Source: Marsupella aquatica
Taxonomy: Eukaryota; Plantae; Marchantiophyta
Direction: 5' to 3'
Assembly: GCA_973895155.1 (NCBI GenBank)
Contig: OZ316897.1
Location: 3,504,211-3,568,210 of the forward strand
Length of the DNA stretch: 64,000 bases
Each line of letters starts with the position of its first letter. Position 1 is the first letter of the stretch. The notes beneath the pieces are model-generated. The model made no database searches. It was not told where the DNA came from and saw only the letters and a list, made by a program, of their open reading frames with translations. The position numbers were made by a program, and so were the translations under genes. Below, one piece after another: positions 51,434 through 62,694 of this stretch.

Positions 51434-51766
51434 ATGGCGACCAACGAGCCTCATCAGGCGATGCCGGCTAAGATGAATGCTGCAGAGGACAATGCGATGA
51501 CCAGCGGGGGCCAAGCTGAACGCTTTTTACCCAAGCCTTTTGCAGTCAGAGACTGTCCTCCGGGAATGAGAATAAGAGGCGGCCGACCGATCCTTGCAGG
51601 AACTGGGCCCAAGTCCACTGCGAAGAAGGAAACTGAGTCAGAAGAGAAACAGCACGCCGGCCCTTCACGCCAATCCGATATGCCTCACAAGAGGAAGAAG
51701 GCTGGCGTGGTGCTGACGAAGGTGAAGGACGAGGAAGTGAACGAAGAGCGCGACCCACTGAATTGA
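51434..51766 (+). CDS. Small basic, probably disordered protein or first exon, with an AVRDCPPG motif and NLS-like KRKK
   Basis: GC-rich ORF with good ATG context (GCAATGG); motif resembles the SAVRDFPPG motif of SUVH5/6-type proteins. Confidence 0.4.
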   Translation: MATNEPHQAMPAKMNAAEDNAMTSGGQAERFLPKPFAVRDCPPGMRIRGGRPILAGTGPKSTAKKETESEEKQHAGPSRQSDMPHKRKKAGVVLTKVKDEEVNEERDPLN

Positions 51767-53254
51767 ATTGAAGCTTCATGTTTGTTCTGTGGACGAGTAG
51801 AGAAGGGTAAAGGAGAATTCTCACGATCGTACCTAGCATCAATCCGTGTTCTCGATTCTCGATTCTAAAGGTTGCACACATGGCTATGCTTTCCATTTAT
51901 TCTTTCGATTTCAGTTCGCGGTCGGTGCTTAATGACGACGCTTGCCGAAGTCCCTGGGATGCAGTGCATATGCTAATAATAGTTCCAATTGATCCGCTGC
52001 AGGTTCGTTGATGGCCGGGAAGGAGATTCGACTTTCGAGGGCATGACGAACTGATAGTGAATTTTGAATGCTCACCATGAGCACCGTAGATTTATTCCAT
52101 TCGAGGAGGACGCCGTCAAAGTTTATCGGATAGATGGCATCTATTAATTTGTGAAGGTAGAGGACTTTCGTGTGATTCGTTGTTGATCGGTGATCACATT
52201 AATGATTATTACAGTTCAAAGACTTTGTCATGAATGGACGCGCTGCTAACGCACTTGCTTGAAAGTTGTGGTCGTTCTCGAAGAGGCTAGCCGACTTCAG
52301 AGGGAGTGGTATGTCTTGCATCCAACATCACCACATTGAAAGATAGTGATGATCCTGTGTTACAAGAATACGGTAAAAGTTTGAGACTGACTGAGAGTTC
52401 TTGGGGGTTCTTGGGGATTCGCCGACAAAAATTGGAGTCAAACTCTTCATTTAAGACAATCGGAATGCCATATAGGTAATCCCAGCCCAAGTTCATTGTA
52501 CAATTTTCTATTGTATTGTGAACTTTTCGTTTCGCTCGGGAAAAGACTTTATTCAGGTCGTCTCACTTTAATCTCCCTGGTCTGAATGTTGCGCATGAAA
52601 GTGGACTCGTTTTAAAAGTCACCTGAAGATCATAGCACACACAGAATACAGAGTAAAGACAGCTGTAGACGGCTCTCGATACACACAGATTGACAGAGTC
52701 AGACGGTCACGAATGAAGCGGGCAACTTTCCGGTCCAATTGTTGCATTCTTGTGTGGGGATGGTGAAGTCGAGCTGGTCGAAGTTTCAACGACAAAACCT
52801 TGCAAGAATGTACTTATTGATGCCATTCTTGCAGAATATGGAAGGCACGGTTGACATTGTTGCTCTACCCGAAAGGTTCAGCGTTGGTACATTGACTTTT
52901 GCTTGTTGATTTAAAGAATTTGACAAGATTTCCACATTTCAATTCCCAACAGGGACCACTTCCCTCCTCGGACGCTCGAAGTCATCGCACCCAACATCCG
53001 ATTTCTACTGAAAGAAATGCAAAAATGTTAGTAATGTTACTGTTCCCCACATGTTTTACTCATCTGCCAAGTTTACGGCGCAATGGGATGAGATCTACAT
53101 ATCCCGCAGAAGTTTCGCACATCCATTTTGGGGGTTGAGTCCCCTCCAACTCGAGTCGTAATGCTTGCCTTCTCTTTCAAAAAGTCCAGTTATGAAGTAG
53201 ATCCATCTAGGCTTAGTGTGAATCTTTCTCCCGTCCAAGTCCCTCGCGATGTCG

Positions 53255-53545
53255 ATGAAATGAACCTCCATTATATCGAACACGGGTGACAGATTAATTT
53301 TATATGAACAGTGTATCAATGAAATGGACGGGAGAAAGATTCATTTTACCTTTCTCCCATGAACAGGATATGGATGAAATGAACGGGAGAAAGATTCATT
53401 AAACCTCCAATATATCGAACACGGGAGAAAGATTCATTTTATCTTTCTCTCATGAACAGGATATCGATGAAATGAACGGGAGAATGATTCGTTTTATCTT
53501 TCTCTCATGAATACGATATCGATGAAATGAACCTCCAATATATCC
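53255..53545 (+). repeat. Compound tandem repeat (GATGAAATGAACGGGAGAAAGATTCATTTTATCTTTCTC..ATGAACAGGATATC units)
   Basis: Directly visible, 5-6 partial units. Confidence 0.85.
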
Positions 53546-56500
53546 GCACGATAAAATTTGTCCACTGTGGACAGTCATGGAGGCTACTGGGACAAACGCC
53601 AGCGTTCCGAGAAAGTTCCTAGACCTCGACTGTAAACACCAACATTTGGAACGTGCCAATACATCACCTTACGGCTCCTCTGATTCAAAATGGGTGCACT
53701 TCGAATCACGTCTGCTCTATCGCCTAGGTTTGTCTTCTGAATTTCTTTGGCCAGTCAGAGTCCTCCAGATCAGGGTGGCACTGTTTCATTCAAAGTTGAA
53801 AATCAAAGTTAGCAGGAAGCGAAAGCGAAAGTGCAAAGTTTCTGATTCATTACCCTCTATTTGGAGCTCAATGTATGGCCCGACTAGGCTTGCGTGTGTA
53901 ATAAGCAACAGTATCTGTACTTGCTCGATGAAACTCACCAATGAGAAATCAGAAGTGCTAAGAACCTGCCATCCCAGCTGTTCATGGAAGTCATCAAGAT
54001 CGCCGAACCTGTGGAGTTTTCTTGTTCACTACGCCATCTGCACAAACTGGTGCTCCACAGATACATGTGCAGTGCAGAATGATTACGGTATCGCATAACC
54101 GATCCAAATGCTCCTGCTGTATAAGGTTGTCACACGAGCATTTAGTTCATGTTTCAATGCAGACTAAAATGAATCAGTTATCTCTTGAACCACACCTGTC
54201 CGTACAAAAGCCCCATTCTTTGATCTCTATTGGTAAAGCCACATTCTTTGTATCTCTATTCTGTCCTGTGTCACTCACCATCAAAGGTGGAGCTCAAGCT
54301 CATTCCTAGTGAAAACTAAAGGTGGAGCTCAATTCCTAGTGAAAACTGAACCATGCACTTTATTAAGAGAGCTCTGGATCTTTCTGGTGAAGAGTAAATC
54401 TAAGTCGGCCATATAACCAGAACATAAACCAAGACACATGTTATTCAAATTACTTGGTTTGTAAATCATAAATAGAGTATAATGGTTTATGTTATGGTGT
54501 AGGGAGCACATTAACTTGACATACATTTAACATGCAATACAACTGAACCTTGCACTTGATTAAGAGAGCTATGGGTCCTGTGCACTTTCTGCATGCATCA
54601 TGTAGTCCCCTAATAGTGTAGTTTCTTTTCTTTCAAAATGCACCACAAAAATTTAGCTCACTTCAATAGAGACGACAGGTCTTGGGTTCAACTATTGTGG
54701 CTAACTCTTCCTTTTCACAGTTTTCTCTTTAAATTTTTTTTTAAATGCACCACAAAAATTAAGTTTTCATAAGTTGACTTTCACTAGAGGACATAAATAC
54801 AAGTGCATTTCATTCTCATTCTATAGTGTATACATGTGCATTGCATTCTATAAGTGTGCACGTGCATTTAGTGAGACTCCACAAGATGCTTTTATTGATA
54901 AGAGCTTTCCAAATGATTCCATAGAATAATTAAATGTACTTATCCAGTCCCATTAGGGTATGAGGACTCTAGGGTGTGGGACCTGACAGCAGGACCGTAC
55001 AGCAAGTTCACATGACATCACAATTGATGCCAAGTGCCAAACTCCTATTCAGAGATTGAGAGGGCAAGACATTCAACATGGAGGTAGTCTTAGGGTGCAG
55101 CTGGTCAAACACTATCTTACTATACAATTACAATGGAAAGTTACTCCTCAGGGTCTAGGGGCTGGAGTGTAGGCTCTACACCATGACTGTGGGGGCTAAT
55201 TGAAGTTAGCGGGTGTAGGTGGAAAACGGGGATTTGGGGGCAAGTTACTGGTTTACATTTAAATGTGAATCAACAAACGAGAAGTGGAGGTTTCTTGAAG
55301 TCCTCACTTCTATTTAGCTCATTTGAATGGGCACTCAGGCCACATCTCTAAATGCAGGTCTGTAATCATGTCATATAGCCAGAAATGCATAAAGTTGCAT
55401 TTATTGGGTATTGCCTGCAGTGGAAAGTGGCAGTATTAGGAGGCTTCCCGGAGTGCACTTAGACAAGGTAGACTGTACTTGCCCTGTGTCCTCTTTCACT
55501 CCATTTTAGGAAAGTAGGGAGTATGAAATTTAGGTGAAGCTTACATTAATTTTTGTGTACTCCTAAGTGCTTCGAGACACATAGCAAAATATAAATGACC
55601 ACCTTTTGCACAACGTGTTGCAATTTTTTGTGGTTGATGAGTGACTGGTTAGAACAAGTTTCTTGAAGGGGTCGCTCTTTATTTGTATTTTCTGTGCTTG
55701 GGGTAGAAAAACCACTGCATTTTTTGGTGGGTAAAATTTGTTAATGGCCTCTTTGCATGATCAAGTAAAAAACTCGTTTGCACAAAGAGTGAAAATTTGG
55801 TGATAATCGAGAAATAAGTCTACTCTGAAAAATGTATGAAAATTGTGAGACTTACGGTGGTGGGCCAGAGGGCCCTAGGAGGAGCTATGGGCGGGAAGGC
55901 TATGGGAGGAGGGAGACAAGATGGCTAGAGGGCTACCTTATTTAATGAAATTAACTTTTAGCATTAATTAGAGTTATACGTAAGTTTACAAGATTAAACT
56001 CAACAAAATACAACGTTGTCCGGAAAGTAGTTGATAAGACGTAAAACAGGCCTTACCATTGGGTGACATCAGCGCATGCGTCAGCCACATAAGATGTCAA
56101 TTGCTAATCCCGCATTAGGGTGCAAAAGACGTTTTGGGCTGAATTAAACGTGTTTTGCAAAGAGCGAGCTCCAGGCAAGTTCGGGGAGGTCTTACCAAGG
56201 GCAGAACCAAGGGCAAACTCGATGGTCATGGGAGGACTTGAAAGTCGATGCATTTGGGAAGCGTTGCGCAGGGCGCTGCGGAGGTTGATGAGAAGGGCTG
56301 CGGTCAATTTTGTAGGGGCTTGGGTGGGCTGATTCAGGAAGGCTGGGGTTGGCAAAGGCTGGGGAGGGGCTTTGGAGCATGGCGAGGTAGGCGATGGGGG
56401 GAGCTCAAGGCCTGCCAAGTGCAAACGGTGCTGTCTGTGATTTCTGCACACTATTGTCCATAATTTCTACAGATTGTAGCCATTGTAGAAATTGAAGATC

Positions 56501-56624
56501 TCTTACCAAAATTACCAATTGGTGAAGGGTGTCTCAGTAAGAAATTGAAAGCTCATTCTCAAGTTCAGATTTGAATTTTTGTGGGCCATACGTACAGGAA
56601 TTTCATGCCTGATTGAGACCAGTC

Positions 56625-57811
56625 ATGGCTGAATTTGAGGACAGCAATATTAGTGACGATGAAGGAGTTGGCTTACAATTTGCTATCCTCAAGCTGTTGG
56701 AACAAAACGATCAAGCTTGCCAGGTTGTAGCACTTGCACATGATCTTTTTTTAGTAATGAGAGAGAGTTTGCATCTGCCAATTTTTCTGTGAATATGCTC
56801 AGGCCAAAGATAGACAAATTGGGTCATCTAATGGAAGCTCATTCTTCCATTTTCAGAACTGTCACAGGATTTACCATGTCAGAGTTTGATAGACTTTGTA
56901 ATAGAGTGTGCCCTGTTATGACTCTGGCTGCAAGGCACACTGGAGAGAGAAAACTAAAGCAAGGTCGTCCATCAAAGCTTGACCCAAAGGAACGATTTCT
57001 CTCATTTCTGTTTTATGTGAAGCATAACACACGGTGTAGGTATGAAGCTTCACATTGGAATTATTCGAGATCAAGCTTAAATGATGATGCTCCATTCATT
57101 GCAAGTGCTATCAATGTAGCACTTGCAGATGAAATTCAGTGGCCTGATGTTCAGCGTAGAGAAGCATTGTCTAGACGTTTGCCAAACTGGCCAGGTTGCA
57201 TAGGCCACATAGATGGCACTCTCTGCAGAATCAAGAGGCCTCGAATTCAAAATCATACTAAGTACTACAATGGCAAAAAAGCCATGTATTGTTTTAACAA
57301 TGTCATGATCATAGACCACAATGGGCTTTTTATTTATGTACATGCAGGGTATCCTGGGTCGTTGCACGATGCCAATTGTGCTCAAAAATCTTATATCACT
57401 CCCAATTGGCGTCAATATTTTAAAAATACTCCTCCCTACACAAGACCTGAAGAATATCTGCTAGGAGACCCTGGTTATTTGGGTCTCGAAATGTATATCA
57501 TGCGAAGGTTTGATCGTAGAGAGACTGTAGGAGATCTGGATCCAGTTCAAAGGGCATTCAACAGGAGACATGCAGCTCAACGAGTTAAGGTGGAGTGGGG
57601 CATTGGAGGATTGAAGAATCATTGGAGAAGATTTCTGGACGTTTGCCCAAGCCGGAGGGATATTTTCTCACCAGTGTTTGAAGCATGTTGTCGACTGACT
57701 AACTTTGTGCACCGATCTCGCATGGATTTCTCCATAGTTGAAGTGGGCCCAGACCAGCAACATGATGATAATGTAGGATTCGCCAATCAATGGGGCCAGA
57801 TGGAGGATTAG
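56625..57811 (+). CDS. Harbinger/PIF DDE transposase (HARBI1-like); 1-nt frameshift in a T7 run at 56746-56752
   Basis: GCIGHIDGT, YNGKK.MYCFN, YPGSLHDA, YLLGDPGY, FNRRHAAQRVKVEWGIGGLKNHWRRF; DDE triad intact. Confidence 0.92.
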
Positions 57812-58228
57812 AGTGGGATAGTTGGGTAGATCATATGATACTTGAATCAATGTTCACTTGTTGACATTCTGAATGAAGTGCATCCATTTTTATTACAAAA
57901 ATTGAGCCTAAAGTCTTGATTCAAATCAAACAAAACAAATTGCAGACATGGCTGCCCTCTTCACAAGTCTCATCTATTTTAAATTTCTCCACTCGAATTC
58001 CAGATTCAGAAAGTGCCAGAAGTCCTGCATCAGTGATCTGATCAGCAGAATACGGTTCTTGTCCCGGTTCCTGTTCAAATCAAACCACTTGTGAATTTCT
58101 GCCCATCAAATTGAAGCACAAATTCAATCTTTATTTCAAAACCATAGTTAAGTTCACAAAGCTTTGCCCAAAGGCAAGTCACTCTTGAGAATGCACCATG
58201 CTCAACAAAATACTCTAGATTGAAACTT

Positions 58229-59086
58229 CTAATTAATTCCAGCTAGAGATCTAGCTTGGACCTGGAACTCCTCTTTCGTAAGGACATGATTGTCTCTTAG
58301 AAAAGCTAGATGCTTTAATTTCTTCTGAAACATGTCTGATTCATGTTGCTCTGCCTTTCGCTTGTTCTCCTGATGTTGCAATTTTGTCAACTCAGCCTTC
58401 CTCTGGCTATATGCAATAGATAATGAGATTTTTTTATTAGCAACCTCTACCTGCTCACGCAAGACTGTAAGAGTGGCTAATCCTGTTTTCTCCATACTAT
58501 TTGCCATTTTTTGTAGTGCATCTGCTACTCGACTTTGAATTTCTTGGCGTGTCTCCCTAGGCTTCTACTCTTCAATAATCTTCTTGCCTGCAGATTGAGA
58601 GCCATCGCCACCAGCTGATGAAAGAGCATCGCCTGAAGCTGGAGGCCCTTTCTCCTTCCAGTCGTCTCTCATCTGGATCATACTTCTGCGTTGATGCCCA
58701 TCACTAGCTAGAATTTCATCAAGCACATCCTCAGGTTGCACAACTATTGTCTCAGCATCCTTCTGATCACTCACCCCTGTTATCTCAGAATTGATATTTT
58801 CTCTCAAAGCGTCCTGCATTTGTCTCTGTGAGGGTCTCTCACTCTCAGGTGGGGGCAAAATCCCCTTTGCCATGCACGACCTCTCCATTTCCTTCACGTA
58901 ATCTTCGTACATCTTGTGCCAGACCTTGGTTGGAACCTTCTGCACCTTTCCCGTCTTCCCCTTGCAGTATTGTGGAAAATGTGTGAGATAGCTAGCTTTC
59001 AATGTCGCTAGCGTTTGAGAATCAAGGGGCACCTTCTTCTTTCGATCCCCACCTCCAGGTTGACCGCCATTGTCTTTCTTTGCCAT
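58229..59086 (-). pseudogene. Harbinger partner protein (divergent Myb/SANT-like N-terminus, coiled coil, SHOCT-like C-terminus) with one in-frame TAG at 58565-58567
   Basis: ORFs 58565-59206 and 58229-58507 are in the same frame; convergent with the transposase. Confidence 0.7.
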
Positions 59087-60155
59087 GTTAGGAGCTTGAC
59101 TGTTCACGTAGCTTTCTCCAGCAGAGCTTTCGTCAGAACTGCAGCAAATTGATATCGGGGCAGGACACGGAGTGGCCCCAAGCTCAGGCGCCTCTTCAGA
59201 AATCATCGAGCCCTCTCTGTTCTCTCCCGCTCACCGTTCCTACTTGCTCTGGTGCAGCGCAGCCCTTGTCATTAAAACACTACACTCTTTACAAGTCTTC
59301 CGTAACTCCTATTTTGAAGTCGTGAGAACACTTTACGGACAGTTCCTGAAAACTCTTTTTAGGTTGTGTCACCTGCTTATCAAACGATTTACATGACAAA
59401 TACGTATTTACTCCTACTAAAATCGTTTGTTATCGTATGACGGGAACGTGGAGGGACGCTATTCGGATTCTATTGCATGTAGGATGAGTATGTTTGATTC
59501 CGCTCCCGGAAGTGTAAGTTTTGATCAAGTCTACCGACTAATCTCTCTACTTTTGATCAAGTCCCTGGACTACACCACACACACTCCTACTGGTCGTTGG
59601 TGAAGTGCTGTCACCACCCCTCCTACTCACATGGTTGACCAAACCGTGCAAGGATTCCTTAGACGCTTCTTGGGAAAGAACACAATCGTGAAAAGGTAAC
59701 ACCACACCAAAACTTGAGGAATCAAATCAAATCCATATCTTTTGGCAAAACGTCGTAACACATTGCAAGGACAACCCGGCCTCCTGCCGTCTGCCCAACT
59801 ACTGCCTCATTGGGGCAAGTGCTACACCTCTACCTCACTACTCTGGCTTCATTCCCTCTTCTGGCTATGAGCTAACTTCCCTAAGCAAACACTAGACTGA
59901 GTTCCCCCAAAGGCAGGGCCCTCCGCCCAACATATTTGCAGAACAATTAGGGGATAAAAATAAATACAGTACTTCGGTCACAAGTGATAGAATTAACTTA
60001 ATTTTTTTTGGAAAAATGCTTATTTACAATGCTTATTTACACTGCGCAACATTCCGGGACCATTATTCGTGATTTTGAGTGACGGGGACCCCGTCACAGG
60101 TTGTGTGTTGCACGTTTGGCCAAAACTTTCTGGACAACGTTGTTGAGTTATGCCC

Positions 60156-60513
60156 TGTTCATTCTCCCCTTAAAGCTTTTAACTCACTTCACCAAAACTC
60201 AGGTTGGGTTTACTAAGTACTCGAGCGTGAGGCACTCCAAGTATTCCTAAATGTAGACTCTACCACAACGTAGCTTCTCCTTCCATATAGCCGAGATAAA
60301 AATCATCACTAGCTCAACCAAAGCTAAATTAACCAAAATGAAATTTTCTATAGCCCACTTCTGAACTGTTAGCTGCACAAAATTTGAGATCAAACAAAAC
60401 AAAATTCCTCACTAGGTCAAGTGAATCTAAATTGCAATCCAAATTGATCTGCACTGCAAAAATCAGAATAAATTAAAAACCACTAGTGACTTGCTCAACA
60501 ACAATCTCCCCCT
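60156..60513 (-). mobile_element. Possible LTR fragment with adjacent PPT
   Basis: Minus strand TAGGGGGAGAT followed by TGTTG at 60503; no partner LTR seen. Confidence 0.35.
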
Positions 60514-61197
60514 AAAGAAAATTACTATTTGCTTGCATCATATAATATTAGGTACACTTTTCTTGGGTAGCAGTACTTTTGGGGACTCCAAGGCTATCCA
60601 TGGGGGCTACTCGCCTACAGGACCAGATGGTTAGTGTCTCTTGACAAGCACAAAGGGCTACATTTTATTTCTAAATCAACTACTATAATATCTAATCACT
60701 CCAAAAATGGTGGGTGGTTTGTTTACAAACTTACTTTTGGAGAGAATCCATGATAGCCTTCAGATTTATTCCCTGAGTTTCTGAGGCAGTGAGATCATCT
60801 CAAAATGGGAAAGCTATAAAGTTAAATGAATGTATAAGAATAAGTGTCCAAAGTAGAGTACATTGGGTAGATGTGCATGACAAAGAACTCAAGGATCAAC
60901 AAGGAAGTATTTTTTTCCATTTTGAACAGTTTTATACTCTTTTAGAAAACTCTTACTTCTGTCCAATTTTTTTCAGGCGAGGAGTTAGTTTTGGGGGGTT
61001 TGTTATTATTTGGCATTTTCGTAATGGCTATTTTTGTTGGTTGTTGTGTGGGTTGGCTTTTTTATCCTTTGGGGGGAGAGAGGGGCCACTTTGTTGAGGT
61101 GACAGAATAAAAGACTCTAAACTAACTGAAAACTATGCATGAAAGAAAATTAAAAACAGAATCAAGATTTAAATGACTCCTTGCGTGGGTGGAACAT

Positions 61198-61580
61198 GAA
61201 TGACATCTTTTATACAAAGTCATCTTTGTGCAATAAAACATTTTTCTTGGCAAACATCTTTTACACAACATGTTCATGTTTTGTGCAATGACATCTTTAC
61301 ATGATAATATCTTTAAACAACAACATTTTCTGTTAAAACATGTTTTAACACAACAATATCTTTTGTGCAATGACATCTTTATGCAATTAGAATACATCTT
61401 TTTTGCAGTGTTGTCTTTCTTGCAAATGATATTTTTTATGAAACAATATCTTTTCAGCAGACAAGATCTTTTACACAATGACATTTTTACACAATACCAT
61501 CTTTTGCGTAAGGTGGTCTTGTTTTGCAAATGATATCTTTTACACAAAGGTATGGTTTCCAAAAATGACATCTTTTGTGC
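61198..61580 (+). repeat. Degenerate ~18-19-bp tandem array (ATGACATCTTTTACACAA)
   Basis: Many units; the same motif occurs in both orientations at ~19510-19720 and at ~22940. Confidence 0.8.
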
Positions 61581-62694
61581 AAGTATTGAGCAGACTATTA
61601 AACTGGTGAATGATGTTATAAAAGTTGAAGCAATTGAGTCATGCTTACTAGATTTGGTGGCGATCTCACAAAATATCGCAGAGAGGAAAAGCCCTAAACT
61701 GCACTATTTAGAAAGGGATAAGCTGACATGAAGCTTATCCCTTTGCAGCTTCTTCGTTAGTACGTTGAAGCGAACACAATTTCGTCCCGTTGCACCTTCT
61801 TCGTTCCTTCGTTTGTTCGTGTTCCTGATTTCTACCCTTGATCGTTTCGGTTCGGCGCGTACTGCAGTCGCGAAGACCCTCTGGTCTCCACGAAGATTTG
61901 TCATAAACATCTCAAAAGAATATGAACTCCAAGCGTCGAGTGATGTCAATTCCGACGTAGTATTAGCGCCGGCCGAGTGACTCTGGTTTGGAAAGTAAGA
62001 TTGGAATGCGCACTTTGAGGGATGTGTCATTGACTTCAATCGTGAAATGGGAGGGCTTAGACATTCTCATGAGATTCAACATTTGAAGCGACAGAGGAAG
62101 CCTCGAGACTGTTCATTCGAATGCGCTACAGAACGCGTTGTGCTGATGAAACCTCGAGAATACCCACGGTGTTGGCCATGCCATCGAATAGATTCTTACA
62201 CTTCCAATTATCGCAAAGAATCCGTCAGACAGCTTTCCCCTAGATTCAATGACTTCTCGAGACTTAGGAACTATCGGTTCAACTATCAGTTGCCTCTACT
62301 GACGCGGAAGGTTAGTCTGACTCGGTGAATTCAAGAAATTTCGACCACCTCCAGAGGCAACGACTTTATTGACCGGTGTATAAGTGCACGTTGACTAGCC
62401 AAACGACTCTCTAAGATCGTGTGTACTCCATCTGTTCAATCAGCTGATCGGGGCTAGAAGTGCAACTGACTGAGGTTTATCAATGCCACTTCTTACGGAG
62501 TGTTCTATTCCTGAAGTCTCTCGCGAGATTCTTCAGGATCCGGCCATGATAGCAGAGGGAGTCCACGAGTCGTAGCAGCAAAGACGACAACAAACTTGAG
62601 TGGCAGGTCGTATTGCTACCGGTAATTTCATTGGTTTGGGAAAGAATTCCATCACTACGCGCGATTACAAAGTTCCTTAGGTCGATTTAGCAAG

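Larger units (their letters stand above)
55997..60155. mobile_element. PIF/Harbinger DNA transposon with two convergent genes
   Basis: Transposase plus partner ORF; inverted match ACAACGTTGTCCGGAAAGT (56010-56028) / ACTTTCTGGACAACGTTGT (60125-60143); right end reads GGGCATAACTC on the minus strand; exact termini tentative. Confidence 0.75.

Noticed and set aside
53577-54098. 173-aa ORF, and similarly the ORFs at 9884-11003 and 14463-14897
   Set aside because: No recognisable domain or supporting gene structure
61122-61571. Cys/Lys-rich 149-aa ORF
   Set aside because: Translation of a degenerate tandem repeat
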